From the NCBI GenBank assembly GCA_947463885.1, contig CANHUQ010000001.1, forward strand, positions 1 to 56,765: a stretch of 56,765 bases of DNA. The letters are read 5' to 3'. This document shows, piece by piece, positions 47,616 through 56,765 of this stretch. This DNA is from Burkholderiales bacterium (GTDB taxonomy: Bacteria; Pseudomonadota; Gammaproteobacteria; Burkholderiales; Burkholderiaceae_E). Both the position numbers and the translations under genes were made by a program. Below the pieces are notes generated by a model, which saw nothing but the letters and a program-made list of their open reading frames with translations, had not been told where the DNA came from and did not search any database. The first letter of the stretch is position 1; every line of letters starts with the position of its first letter.

Positions 47616-48482
47616 TTAAATCCAGTACACCACCACGTACAAACCCAACCAGACCACGTCAACGAAGTGCCAGTACCAGGCAGCGCCTTCGAACGCGAAA
47701 TGGTGCTCGGGGGTGAAGTGACCTTTCAGGACCCGGATCAGCACGACCGTAAGCATGATGGCGCCGACCGTCACGTGGAAGCCGTGAAAACCGGTGAGCA
47801 GAAAAAACGTGGAACCGAAGATGCCCGAGGTGAGCTTCAGGTTCAGGTCTTGGTAGGCGTGAGCGTATTCGAGGACTTGAAGGCCCAGAAAGATGACCCC
47901 CAGCGCGATGGTCGCGGACAGCCAGAAAATCAACTTGCTGCGATGATTGTCTTTCAGTGCGTGATGCGCAATGGTCAGCGTGACGCCCGACAGCAGCAGC
48001 AATGCCGTGTTGATCGTCGGGATGGGCCAGGGACCGATCGTGTTGAACTTCTCAATCGTGCCCGCCGGCCCAGTGCTAGGCCAGGCCGCACCGAAGTTCG
48101 GCCACAGGAACTGCTTGTGATCCAGGTCGCCCAGCCAGGGGGTTGCAATGGTCCGGGCATAAAACAAGGCGCCGAAGAAGGCTGCGAAGAACATCACCTC
48201 GGAGAAGATGAACCAGCTCATGCTCCAGCGAAACGAGGTGTCGACCAGCTGGTTGTACTGCCCACGCTCAGACTCGCTTGCGACCGCACCGAACCAGCCC
48301 ACCATCATGTAGAACAGGATGGCAAAACCCGCCAGCAGGCTCCACGGACCCCAGGCGGTATGGTTGACCGTACCGACGGCACCGAAGCCGGCGAAGAGCA
48401 TGGCGATGGAGCCAACCAGCGGCCATTGCGAGGGGGCCGGCACGTAATAGTGCGGGGCCGCGGCGTGGGTGCCTGCGCTCAT
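47616..48482 (-). CDS. ctaE: cytochrome c oxidase subunit III
   Basis: 288 aa, 7-TM, ...GFHGFHVTVGAIML...WYWHFVDVVWL. Confidence 0.95.
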   Translation of the reverse strand: MSAGTHAAAPHYYVPAPSQWPLVGSIAMLFAGFGAVGTVNHTAWGPWSLLAGFAILFYMMVGWFGAVASESERGQYNQLVDTSFRWSMSWFIFSEVMFFAAFFGALFYARTIATPWLGDLDHKQFLWPNFGAAWPSTGPAGTIEKFNTIGPWPIPTINTALLLLSGVTLTIAHHALKDNHRSKLIFWLSATIALGVIFLGLQVLEYAHAYQDLNLKLTSGIFGSTFFLLTGFHGFHVTVGAIMLTVVLIRVLKGHFTPEHHFAFEGAAWYWHFVDVVWLGLYVVVYWI

Positions 48483-48525
48483 CGAAGGATCTCCCTTGAA
48501 GTTCGAATAATGTCGGTGCGGGTCA

Positions 48526-48744
48526 TCATGAGCCCACCACCAGTTTGACGACAGTCAGCAGCCCGAGGACAAAGAGTGCTGCCAAAGCGATGCCCACTGC
48601 GATGACCGCTAGCGGGTTGAGTCGGGACAGATCCCGCTCATGAGCGCGGCTGCCCCGCACCCCGAAGAACGAAGCCGCCACCGCGCGTACGGTCTCAAGC
48701 AGCGAGGCTTTGGCCTGTGCAGACGACGCAGGGCGGTCGACCAT
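48526..48744 (-). CDS. DUF2970 small membrane protein
   Basis: SLLETVRAVAASFFGVRGSRAHERD...single TM. Conserved position between ctaG and subunit III. Confidence 0.75.
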   Translation of the reverse strand: MVDRPASSAQAKASLLETVRAVAASFFGVRGSRAHERDLSRLNPLAVIAVGIALAALFVLGLLTVVKLVVGS

Positions 48745-49328
48745 CAGACCCCACCCGTCAGGCCGACTGCGCGGGACTGGGGCGCTGCCCCGGCTCCGAC
48801 ATCAAAGAACGTGTAGGACAGGGTGATCGTGCTGACATCCGGCGGCAGGCGGGGGTCGATGACAAACACCACCGGAAAGCTGCGGGTTTGGCCGGCGGCC
48901 AGCGTCTGTTGGCGAAAACAGAAACACTCGAGCTTGTGCATGTACTGGGCAGAAACCGCCGGGGCATAGCTGGGGATCGCTTGCCCGGACAGATCCTTCG
49001 ACGTGCTGTTCACCAGTTCGTACGATACGGTGATGAGTTCGCCCGGGTGGGCCTGCACAGAGCGCTTTTCGGGGCGAAACTGCCAGGCACCAAAGTGGTT
49101 GGCGTCCAGTTCGATCGTGACCGTACGACTGGTATCCACCTGCGTGTTGCGCACGAGTTCACGCACCGCCGGGTCGATCTTCGTGAGCGAATTGATCCCC
49201 GTGACTTCGCAGATCGCCCGATACAGCGGAACCATGGCAAAGCCGAAACCGAACATGAGCGCCACCAGCAGCGCGAGCTTGCCGAGCGTGTGCAGCTTGA
49301 GCCGCGTGCCGTCGGTCGGAGCGGTCAT
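48744..49328 (-). CDS. ctaG: cytochrome c oxidase assembly protein CtaG/Cox11
   Basis: FGFAMVPLYRAICEVTGIN and CFCFRQQTL motifs. Confidence 0.9.
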   Translation of the reverse strand: MTAPTDGTRLKLHTLGKLALLVALMFGFGFAMVPLYRAICEVTGINSLTKIDPAVRELVRNTQVDTSRTVTIELDANHFGAWQFRPEKRSVQAHPGELITVSYELVNSTSKDLSGQAIPSYAPAVSAQYMHKLECFCFRQQTLAAGQTRSFPVVFVIDPRLPPDVSTITLSYTFFDVGAGAAPQSRAVGLTGGV

Positions 49329-49447
49329 GAGAGCCAGACACGCTTGAGGATGACCGCAGCGAAGAATACGGCCGCGATGGACAGCAGCACCAAGGCGGTC
49401 CGCAGATTGCCGGATCGCCTTGGCACGGGGGGTTGCACCGAAGTCAT
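49325..49447 (-). CDS. cytochrome oxidase small assembly protein (40 aa)
   Basis: MTSVQPPVPRRSGNLRTALVLLSIAAVFFAAVILKRVWLS. Internal ATG 49447 of the 49325..49816 track ORF. Conserved slot between subunit I and ctaG. Confidence 0.7.
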   Translation of the reverse strand: MTSVQPPVPRRSGNLRTALVLLSIAAVFFAAVILKRVWLS

Positions 49448-49470
49448 GGTGAGGCGTGCGCGGGTGGCGT

Positions 49471-51057
49471 TCAGCGAACCGTAGGCGGCGTCTCGAAGGT
49501 GTGGAAAGGCGCGGGCGAAGGCACCGTCCACTCCAGACCCTGCGCGTTTTCCCAGACCTGAGCCGTCGCCTGCTTGCCGCCCTTGATGCATTTCAGGATG
49601 GCATACAGGAAGATCAGCTGCGACAAACCGAACCCGAACGCCCCGATGCTGGCGATGAAGTTGAAGTCGGCAAACTGCATCGGATAGTCGGCATAGCGAC
49701 GGGGCATGCCAGCCAGACCGAGGAAGTGCATCGGGAAGAACGTGATGTTGAAGGTGATCAGCGAGGCCCAGAAATGCAGCTTGCCGATCGACTCGTCGTA
49801 CATGTGGCCGGTCCATTTGGGCAGCCAGTAGTACGTGCCTGCGAACAGGGCGAACAGCGAACCCGCCACCAGCACATAGTGGAAATGAGCGACCACGTAG
49901 TAGGTGTCATGCAGCTGGATGTCCAGCGGCGCCACCGACAGGATGATGCCGGTCAGGCCACCCATCGTGAACACGAAGATGAAGCCGATTGCAAACAGCA
50001 TGGGCGTCTCGAAGGTCATGGACCCGCGCCACATCGTGGCCACCCAGTTGAAGATCTTCACACCCGTGGGGACCGCGATGAGCATCGTCGCGTACATGAA
50101 GAACAGCTGACCGGTCACCGGCATGCCGGTGGTGAACATGTGGTGAGCCCACACGATGAACGACAGAATTGCAATCGACGCCGTGGCGTACACCATCGAC
50201 GAGTAACCGAACAGGCGCTTGCGGGCAAACGTGGGAATGATTTCGCTCACGATGCCGAAGGCCGGCAAAATCATGATGTACACCTCGGGATGACCGAAGA
50301 ACCAGAAGATGTGCTGGTACATCACCGGGTCGCCGCCGCCGGCCGCATTGAAGAACGACGTGCCGAAATGTCGGTCGGTCAGCAGCATGGTGATGGCGCC
50401 TGCCAGCACCGGCATGACCGCGATCAGCAGGTAGGCCGTAATCAGCCAGGTCCAGACGAACAGGGGCATCTTCATGAGCGTCATGCCCGGCGCCCGCATG
50501 TTCAGAATGGTGGTGATGATGTTGATCGAGCCCATGATCGAGGAGGCGCCCAGGATGTGCACCGCGAAGATCGCCATGTCCATGCCAACGCCCATCTGCA
50601 CCGACAGCGGCGCATAGAGCGTCCAGCCGGCTGCCGTCGCCCCGCCCGGGACGAAGAACGACCCGACCAGCAGCAGCGCCGCTGGCGGCATCAGCCAGAA
50701 GCTGAAGTTGTTCATGCGGGCAAACGCCATGTCGGAGGCGCCGATCATGAGCGGGATCTGCCAGTTCGCGAAGCCCACGAACGCCGGCATGATCGCGCCG
50801 AACACCATGATCAGGCCGTGCATGGTGGTGAGCTGATTGAACAGCTCGGGCTGCACGTACTGCAGACCGGGCTGCATCAGCTCGGCACGGATGGTGAGCG
50901 CCAGCACACCGCCCGAGATCAGCATGGCAAAAGCAAACCACAGGTAAAGCGTGCCGATGTCCTTGTGGTTGGTGGCGTACAGCCACCGGCGCCATCCGTG
51001 AGGATGGTCATGGGCGTGGTCGTCGTGACCTGCGTGGTGATCCAGAACTGCGCTCAT
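49471..51057 (-). CDS. ctaD: cytochrome c oxidase subunit I
   Basis: [33 protein letters not shown]-type motif ([14 protein letters not shown]), 528 aa. Confidence 0.97.
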   Translation of the reverse strand: MSAVLDHHAGHDDHAHDHPHGWRRWLYATNHKDIGTLYLWFAFAMLISGGVLALTIRAELMQPGLQYVQPELFNQLTTMHGLIMVFGAIMPAFVGFANWQIPLMIGASDMAFARMNNFSFWLMPPAALLLVGSFFVPGGATAAGWTLYAPLSVQMGVGMDMAIFAVHILGASSIMGSINIITTILNMRAPGMTLMKMPLFVWTWLITAYLLIAVMPVLAGAITMLLTDRHFGTSFFNAAGGGDPVMYQHIFWFFGHPEVYIMILPAFGIVSEIIPTFARKRLFGYSSMVYATASIAILSFIVWAHHMFTTGMPVTGQLFFMYATMLIAVPTGVKIFNWVATMWRGSMTFETPMLFAIGFIFVFTMGGLTGIILSVAPLDIQLHDTYYVVAHFHYVLVAGSLFALFAGTYYWLPKWTGHMYDESIGKLHFWASLITFNITFFPMHFLGLAGMPRRYADYPMQFADFNFIASIGAFGFGLSQLIFLYAILKCIKGGKQATAQVWENAQGLEWTVPSPAPFHTFETPPTVR

Positions 51058-51113
51058 CGACTGCTCCTGCTCTCGAATACGGGTAAACGCTCTCGATGTG
51101 GTCCGGTGCTGCC

Positions 51114-52292
51114 TTACTTGCGGGCGGCGCTGAAGTCTTTGGGTTGAACAATGGCGTCGTCGGCCTTGTTGCCCCAGGCATTGCGTGTGTAGGTGGCGAC
51201 CGCCGCAAGCTCGACATCAGAAAGCTGCTTGAAGGACGCCATGGAGGTCCCCTGCTTGCCGTTGAGCAACAAGGCGATCTGATCGTCCTGCGGCCCCAGC
51301 ACGACCTTGGAGCCATCCAGGGCCGGGAACGCCCCGGGCACACCTTTTCCGGTGGCCTGATGGCACGCCACGCAGTTGGAGGCATAGACCTTTTGGCCGC
51401 GGTCGACCAGGTCGGTCTGCTGCCATTCCTTCGTCGGATCGTCCGCCTTGGCGAGCATGTCCTTCTTGCGCTCGTCGGCCCATTTGCGGAAATCCTCCTG
51501 GGACTTCACTTCGACCACAATCGGCATGTATGCGTGGTTCTTGCCGCACAACTCAGCGCATTGACCGCGGTAGGTTCCCACTTTTTCAGCCCGAAACCAG
51601 GTGTCGCGCACGAAGCCCGGAATGGCATCTTGCTTGACGCCGAAGGCCGGCACCATCCAGGCGTGGATCACATCGCTGGCGGTAATGACCATGCGGATCT
51701 TCTGCCCGACCGGCACCACCAGCGGCTGATCGACTTCCATCAGGTAAGTCTCAGACTTAGGCGCACTGGACCCCAACTGCATCTGCTCAGGCGGCGTGGA
51801 CAGCGTGGACAGGAACGACACTCCGGCGCCGTCACCTTTCAGGTACTCGTAGCCCCACTTCCACTGATAGCCCGTGGCCTTGATGGTGAGGTCGGCCTGT
51901 GACGTGTCTTTTTGCTCGATCACCATCCGGGTGGCTGGAATAGCCAACCCCACCACGATGAGGAACGGCACGATCGTCCAGGCGATTTCAACTGCCGTGC
52001 TCTCATGGAAGTCGGCCGACTTGGCGCCGCGCGATTTACGGTGCGCCCAGATCGAATAAAACATCACCGCAAAGACGGCGATGAAGATCAGCACACACAC
52101 GACCAGCAGGAAGTTGTGGATCCACCACTGGTCTTCGGCAATACGGGTGACGCCCGGGCTGAGATTGATCTGCTTGACCGCAGGGCCGCCGGGCATGTCG
52201 CCCACCGCCCAGGCCGAGCCTGTCATCACCGCCGTTGCCGCCCCCATCAGAGCGGACTTGAGCTTCCCTGTCGTTGTTTTCTGTGGCCGCAT
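51114..52292 (-). CDS. ctaC: cytochrome c oxidase subunit II with fused C-terminal cytochrome c domain
   Basis: CuA site [12 protein letters not shown] and heme c site CVACHQ. ATG 52292 ([12 protein letters not shown]... signal). Confidence 0.93.
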   Translation of the reverse strand: MRPQKTTTGKLKSALMGAATAVMTGSAWAVGDMPGGPAVKQINLSPGVTRIAEDQWWIHNFLLVVCVLIFIAVFAVMFYSIWAHRKSRGAKSADFHESTAVEIAWTIVPFLIVVGLAIPATRMVIEQKDTSQADLTIKATGYQWKWGYEYLKGDGAGVSFLSTLSTPPEQMQLGSSAPKSETYLMEVDQPLVVPVGQKIRMVITASDVIHAWMVPAFGVKQDAIPGFVRDTWFRAEKVGTYRGQCAELCGKNHAYMPIVVEVKSQEDFRKWADERKKDMLAKADDPTKEWQQTDLVDRGQKVYASNCVACHQATGKGVPGAFPALDGSKVVLGPQDDQIALLLNGKQGTSMASFKQLSDVELAAVATYTRNAWGNKADDAIVQPKDFSAARK

Positions 52293-52309
52293 GCTCACAC
52301 CGAGACCTT

Positions 52310-52786
52310 TCAAGATCGCATTCCCTGAAGCTGTGTCCTGAGCTCGTTCGCCAGACCCCGACGGTCGGATTCTGGTACGAATCGGCCCACTTCTATTCTT
52401 CTGCCCGACGCCACCAGCCCGATGAGCTCGCGACGACGGCCTTGATACTCGACCCTGGTCCAGGCCGGGGTGCACTGCTGTTGCATCAACCGAGTGGCCC
52501 GACTGACTTCGACCGTCAAGCGCTCGGGGCTCAGTGTGATGCGCTCATAGTCTGCCGCATGCCTGGCATGGACCACGAATGCAACACCCAAACCCAAGAC
52601 CTCGATCAGGGCAAACGGCAGCACCAACCATGCGCCAGACAAGGCAAACAAGGCGGCGATGGTGAGCGAAACCGCCACCAACGAGCCGAAGATCAGAGCC
52701 AGCTGCCTGGGAGAGATTGAACAGTTCTGTCTGCTCAGCCACTCCTGTCGATGCGCAGACTCGACGCGAACCCACGGGTGCTGCAT
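52310..52786 (-). CDS. DUF2244 membrane protein (cytochrome oxidase cluster associated)
   Basis: SPRQLALIFGSLVAVSLTIAALFALSGAWLVLPFALIEVLGLGVAFVVHARHAADYERITL. Start uncertain (ATG 52786 used). Confidence 0.7.
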   Translation of the reverse strand: MQHPWVRVESAHRQEWLSRQNCSISPRQLALIFGSLVAVSLTIAALFALSGAWLVLPFALIEVLGLGVAFVVHARHAADYERITLSPERLTVEVSRATRLMQQQCTPAWTRVEYQGRRRELIGLVASGRRIEVGRFVPESDRRGLANELRTQLQGMRS

Positions 52787-52899
52787 CGGAAAACACCACA
52801 TCAGAAGATCAATGCAACGCAGCATTATAGGCGTTGGCTGTTTAGGCCAGCAAGCCGAAAGGGACTTTGGCCGGCCAGCAAGCCGCCGCCGGCCCGCGG

Positions 52900-53829
52900 T
52901 CAGCGCCGCGCGTTCGGCCGCGCAGGACGAAATTCGATTGGCGCATAGCCGTCGGCGCGCGGCTTGCGCGACGCACACCAGGCGTGGCCATAGATCACTT
53001 CGAAGGTAATCGACATGGGGGTGCCCGACGCATCGGACAGCCCCTCGGGCAAGCCTTGCAGCAGGTGATCCAATCGGCGCGGGGTCACCAGGCCGTGCGG
53101 CCGCGTGCGACGTGCATCGCCGCCCAGCGCTCGCAGATCGGTGAACAGGGTGCGTGCATCGCGCCAGGTGATGGTCAATCGCTCGGTATCCATGACCGGG
53201 TCGGCGAATCCGGACTTCACGAGCGCATCGCCAATGTCATGCATATCGGGCCATTGCGGCAGAGCAGCACCGGCGCGGCGCAGCTCAACCAGCGTATCCA
53301 CGCCCAGCGCACTGAACATCAGCAGGCCCTCAGGACGGATCACCCGGTGCCATTCGGCGATGGCTACCGGCACATCGTCCAGCCAGTGCAGCATCAGGTT
53401 GGACCAGATCAGCTCGGCAGATCCCGAGGCCAACGGCAGCGCGTGGGCGTCGCCAGCGAGGTAGGTGGCCGGCAGCGGGCGTGCAGCGGGGCGCGTCGTG
53501 GGGGCGGCTGCAAACCGGCCCATGAGGGTTCGCAGCCAGCCTGGGTCGGCGGGGATGGTCCGCTGCTGCGCGCGGGCCAGTCGCGACACAGACAGATCGA
53601 TGCCGATGCGGGTGGCACCTGGCCAGCGTTCTCCCAGCCGCGCGAGGCCCTGACCGAACCCGCAACCGAGATCGAGCACGCAGGCGGGGTCCAGGCGGAT
53701 GAGTTCCAGGCGCTCGAGCATCCGCCCTTCAATTTCCCGCAGCAGGAAGTCGGCGGCCGCAGGATGGCTTGAGCGGCGATCGAACTGACGCCGTACAGCC
53801 GAACGGTCTAAGTCTGAAGGCTCAGGCAT
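52900..53829 (-). CDS. class I SAM-dependent methyltransferase (BioC-like)
   Basis: ATG 53829: MPEPSDLDRSAVRRQFDRR...VLDLGCGFG...GDAHALPLASGSAELIWSNLMLHW. Divergent from comF, as is common in betaproteobacteria. Confidence 0.75.
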   Translation of the reverse strand: MPEPSDLDRSAVRRQFDRRSSHPAAADFLLREIEGRMLERLELIRLDPACVLDLGCGFGQGLARLGERWPGATRIGIDLSVSRLARAQQRTIPADPGWLRTLMGRFAAAPTTRPAARPLPATYLAGDAHALPLASGSAELIWSNLMLHWLDDVPVAIAEWHRVIRPEGLLMFSALGVDTLVELRRAGAALPQWPDMHDIGDALVKSGFADPVMDTERLTITWRDARTLFTDLRALGGDARRTRPHGLVTPRRLDHLLQGLPEGLSDASGTPMSITFEVIYGHAWCASRKPRADGYAPIEFRPARPNARR

Positions 53830-53864
53830 GGCGCGCGCAGTATACGGGCGCAGTATCGTTGAGC

Positions 53865-54671
53865 ATGTCCCGCACGCTGCGCGCACCTGGCCTGCCACCA
53901 CCCCGTCGCATCCTGATGCGTCAGGTGAGCCTGCGCGCACGCCGGCACCTCGGGCGCTGGCTCGATCATCTCGCGCCCAGGGCCTGCGCCTTGTGCGGCA
54001 CCGCGCTGGCTGCGGGCGCGCTGTCCGGGGTCTGCACGGGTTGCCTGCTCGATCTGCCCGGCGCGGCCCGTGGACGCTGCCCCCGCTGCGCGCTGCCGAC
54101 GGCCGAGTCGCCCTGTCTGTGCACAGCAGATTCGTGCACCGCAAATTCGTGCGCCGCTGATCCGTGGCCGCTTGATGCAGCCCTGGCCGTTGCCGACTAC
54201 GCGCCACCGTTCGACCGCCTGATTCACGCCCTGAAATTCGGCCGCCAACTCGCGCTGGCCCGGCCACTGGGCGAATTGCTCGCCACCGCCTGGCTGGGGC
54301 AAACCGATCCGCCTGTGCTGGACTGCCTGATCCCCGTGCCCCTGGGTCCTGAACGGCTGCGCACTCGAGGATTCAATCAGTCGCTGGAAATGGCGCGCGC
54401 CATGTCACGCTGCATGGGCGATCGCCTGCCCGTACTGGCCCACAGTCTGGCCCGGCGACGCGACACGCCCGAACAGAGCCGGCTCGGTCTGGCACAACGC
54501 CGCGCCAATCTCACCGATGCGTTCATCGTGCACGGTCGCCTGGAGGGGTGTCGTGTCGGTCTGGTCGATGACGTCATGACAAGCGGCAGCACGGTCATCG
54601 CGGCCGCTCAGGCACTCAAAGACGCAGGCGCGGTGCGGGTCACCGCCCTGCTGGCTGCACGCACCGACTAA
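53865..54671 (+). CDS. comF: ComF family phosphoribosyltransferase-like protein
   Basis: N-terminal Cys pairs (CALCG...CTGC...CPRC), then the PRT motif VGLVDDVMTSGST. Confidence 0.8.
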   Translation: MSRTLRAPGLPPPRRILMRQVSLRARRHLGRWLDHLAPRACALCGTALAAGALSGVCTGCLLDLPGAARGRCPRCALPTAESPCLCTADSCTANSCAADPWPLDAALAVADYAPPFDRLIHALKFGRQLALARPLGELLATAWLGQTDPPVLDCLIPVPLGPERLRTRGFNQSLEMARAMSRCMGDRLPVLAHSLARRRDTPEQSRLGLAQRRANLTDAFIVHGRLEGCRVGLVDDVMTSGSTVIAAAQALKDAGAVRVTALLAARTD

Positions 54672-54697
54672 GAACGATGCTGCACTAGACTCACACC

Positions 54698-55168
54698 ATG
54701 TTCCATGTCGTGCTCGTTCATCCGGAAATCCCTCCGAACACAGGCAACGTGATTCGCCTGTGCGCCAATACCGGCGCGCAACTGCATCTGGTCGAGCCGC
54801 TGGGGTTTGCGCTGGACCATGCAAAGCTGCGCCGAGCCGGCCTCGATTATCACGAATGGGCGAGCGTGCAGGTCCACCCCAATTGGCAGGCACTGCTGCA
54901 GACGCACCGCCCGCCGGCCGATCGGCTGTTCGCACTGACCACCCGTGGCCAGCACGGCGTGCACCAGCAGCGTTTTCAGCCGGGTGACTGGTTCGTGTTC
55001 GGGTCGGAGAGCGCGGGGCTGCCTGCGCAGGTGCGCGAACAGATTGCCGCGCCCCAACAGCTGCGCCTGCCCATGCGCGACGGCAATCGCAGCCTGAACC
55101 TGTCGAATGCGGTGGCGGTGGTGGTATTCGAAGCCTGGCGTCAGTCAGGCTTCGAGGGCGGGACCTGA
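54698..55168 (+). CDS. trmL: tRNA (cytidine/uridine-2'-O-)-methyltransferase TrmL
   Basis: MFHVVLVHPEIPPNTGNVIRLCANTGAQLHLVEPLGF, SPOUT fold, 156 aa. Confidence 0.9.
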   Translation: MFHVVLVHPEIPPNTGNVIRLCANTGAQLHLVEPLGFALDHAKLRRAGLDYHEWASVQVHPNWQALLQTHRPPADRLFALTTRGQHGVHQQRFQPGDWFVFGSESAGLPAQVREQIAAPQQLRLPMRDGNRSLNLSNAVAVVVFEAWRQSGFEGGT

Positions 55169-55169
55169 C

Positions 55170-55898
55170 TCAGAACCCGTCGAACTTGGCAAAGCCTGGG
55201 ACGGATTCGCGGTCGGTGTAGAGGGTATTGATCAGGGCGTCCGGATCGGCCCATCCCAGCGACATGCCGCACACCAGCATCTCGTTGGACGGAATGCCGA
55301 GGTGCTCGGCAATGATGGTGTGGAAATCCAGGAACGCGGCCTGCGGGCAGGTGTCGAGCCCGCGGCCTCGGGCCGCCACCATCACGTTCTGGATAAACAT
55401 GCCGTAGTCGAGCCAGCTGCCACGCTCCAGGATGCGGTCAATAGTGAACATCAGCCCCACCGGCGCATCGAAGAAGGCGTAATTGCGCCCGTGCTGCACG
55501 TGCGTTTTTTCAAAGTCGCCTTTGCCGATGCCCAGCATGCCGTACATGTCCCAACCCACCTTGCGACGGCGATCGACATATGGCGACGTCCATTGCTGGG
55601 GGTAATAGGCATATTCGCGACTGTGGGTCTTGGCGATCGCGGGGTCGTCGAAAGCGGCCAGAATCTTGCGGCTAAGCTCCACGCGGCGCTCGCCGGCCAC
55701 GGCGTACACCTTCCAGGGCTGGGTGTTGGTGCCCGAGGGCGCGCGGGCGGCCACTTCGAGGATGTCATTGACCGTCTCGAGCGGCACGGGCTTGGGCAGG
55801 AAAGCGCGAATCGAGCGACGGGTCACCAGCGCTTCGTCGGCACTGGCACAGGGCGCATGGCGGGTCTTGGGATCGAAGCGCTTGGGATCGAACTGCAT
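55170..55898 (-). CDS. nitroreductase family protein
   Basis: ATG 55898 with GGAG RBS; RRSIRAFLPKPV, APSGTNTQPWKVY. Confidence 0.8.
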   Translation of the reverse strand: MQFDPKRFDPKTRHAPCASADEALVTRRSIRAFLPKPVPLETVNDILEVAARAPSGTNTQPWKVYAVAGERRVELSRKILAAFDDPAIAKTHSREYAYYPQQWTSPYVDRRRKVGWDMYGMLGIGKGDFEKTHVQHGRNYAFFDAPVGLMFTIDRILERGSWLDYGMFIQNVMVAARGRGLDTCPQAAFLDFHTIIAEHLGIPSNEMLVCGMSLGWADPDALINTLYTDRESVPGFAKFDGF

Positions 55899-55948
55899 GC
55901 AAAGGTCTCCTCGGTTGAGTGTGTGTTGTTGAATACGTGGTGAAGGCG

Positions 55949-56545
55949 TCAGGTGGGCGGCGCGTGCAGGCCCAACCTTGCCAAGGCAGCTTCGGGGGTA
56001 TCGAAGCGCTCCATGACATCGATGTCGACTTGCGAGGCCAGTTCGTGGGCTACGATGCTGCGCAAGCACGCCACCAGCGGGGCAAAGTAAGCCTCGTCAT
56101 CCACCACCAGAATGGGTTTGTCGTGTTCGCGCAGCTGGCGCAGCGTGAGCACTTCGAACAATTCATCGAGCGTGCCCAGACCACCGGGCAGCGTCAGAAA
56201 AGCGTCGGACAACTCGATCATGCGTTGCTTGCGCACCTGCATGTCGGCGACCACCTCATTGCGGGTGAGGGCTGCATGGCCCACCTCGCGCGCCACGAGC
56301 GCGCTGGGGATGACACCGATCACCTCGCCACCGGCCTGCAGTGCCGCATCGGCCAGTGCGCCCATCATGCCGACGCTGCCGCCGCCATAGACCAGCGTGG
56401 CGCCGCTGCGGGCAATGGCGGTGCCGGTGCGTCGGGCGAGCTCGAGAAAGCGCGGCTGCGAGCCTGGGCGAGCTCCACAGAACACACACACGGCCAGTCG
56501 GGTGCGTGAGACGCTGTCGGGCGCGGGCTGGACCGGCTCACTCAT
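55949..56545 (-). CDS. LOG family protein (TIGR00730-type nucleotide phosphoribohydrolase)
   Basis: VCVFCGA...LVYGGGSVGMMG...PGGLGTLDELFE (PGGxGTxxE). Confidence 0.85.
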   Translation of the reverse strand: MSEPVQPAPDSVSRTRLAVCVFCGARPGSQPRFLELARRTGTAIARSGATLVYGGGSVGMMGALADAALQAGGEVIGVIPSALVAREVGHAALTRNEVVADMQVRKQRMIELSDAFLTLPGGLGTLDELFEVLTLRQLREHDKPILVVDDEAYFAPLVACLRSIVAHELASQVDIDVMERFDTPEAALARLGLHAPPT

Positions 56546-56575
56546 GAAGTGCCTTGTGGGGGGGCAGCGCGGGGC

Positions 56576-56765
56576 TCATCTCGGCTCGGTGCGCGGCTCG
56601 GTGCGCGGTTCAGTGAGAGGCTCGGTGCGAGGCTCGGTGTGATGCTCGGCACGCGGCTCGCGGGCCAGCAGCGCCGCCACAGCTTCACGGGGGGCACGGC
56701 CCTCAAAGAGCACGGCAGCCACAGCTTGCGTGATCGGCAACTCGACACCCAATTGCCGGGCGCGA
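56576..56765 (-). CDS. gpsA: NAD(P)H-dependent glycerol-3-phosphate dehydrogenase, C-terminal end (gene continues past the right edge) with TEPR-repeat tail
   Basis: Manual minus-strand translation: [62 protein letters not shown]. The first part is the conserved GpsA C-terminus. Confidence 0.7.
   Translation of the reverse strand, partial: RARQLGVELPITQAVAAVLFEGRAPREAVAALLAREPRAEHHTEPRTEPLTEPRTEPRTEPR
56583..56654. repeat. 12-bp tandem repeat (about 6 copies, 2 perfect) encoding the (TEPR)n tail
   Basis: GGCTCGGTGCGC x2, GGTTCAGTGAGA, GGCTCGGTGCGA, GGCTCGGTGTGA, TGCTCGGCACGC. Confidence 0.8.

Noticed and set aside
52845-52885. 13-bp direct repeat GGCCAGCAAGCCG (52845-52857 and 52873-52885) upstream of the DUF2244/cox operon.
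   Set aside because: Two copies only, GC-rich, and no palindromic character. It could be promoter-associated, but nothing in the sequence distinguishes it from chance.

Overview
High-GC chromosomal segment that looks betaproteobacterial (Burkholderiales/Comamonadaceae-like gene content and order). I saw no rRNA, tRNA, CRISPR array, integrase or transposase. Conserved housekeeping blocks are interleaved with exopolysaccharide (EPS) genes. Housekeeping blocks: ppk/ppx, ferredoxin-coaD-rsmD-two M16 peptidases/ftsY, rpoH, a complete aa3-type cytochrome c oxidase structural and assembly cluster, and bioC-like/comF/trmL/nitroreductase/LOG/gpsA. EPS genes lie in four blocks. (A) 9.98-12.07 kb: FemAB-like GNAT plus CE4 deacetylase. 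(B) 14.84-17.18 kb: OPX/Wza-like exporter plus an outer-membrane beta-barrel. (C) 18.6-22.4 kb: UDP-glucuronate epimerase, ugd and a priming phosphotransferase. (D) 26.4-45.3 kb: a roughly 19 kb island. Its minus-strand operon is rfbBACD, Wzz/EpsF-like, BY-kinase/EpsG-like, Wzy-like, GT4, Wzx, GT4, DUF1972-GT. Its plus-strand module is GMC oxidoreductase, DUF2264 and two paralogous lipoproteins of unknown family. Block D sits inside the otherwise conserved cox cluster, between SURF1 and the ctaA-ctaB-SCO1 assembly genes. Main leads: (1) the BY-kinase-family ATPase has an N-terminal tandem 24-residue motif pair with a 5-residue spacer that matches the MshEN c-di-GMP-binding signature, and it has no C-terminal tyrosine cluster; (2) a translationally coupled tandem pair of EAL-HDOD proteins, one with a degenerate EAL site; (3) the uncharacterised lipoprotein paralog pair next to ATGA-coupled GMC/DUF2264 genes; (4) an 8-9 copy heptanucleotide repeat upstream of the chain-length determinant; (5) several in-frame 12-nt tandem repeats that encode tetrapeptide repeats at protein termini; (6) an AT-rich palindrome-dense region upstream of rpoH. 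Many long ORFs in the track are GC-driven antisense shadows or carry spurious N-terminal extensions. Where I trimmed a start, I state the start codon used.
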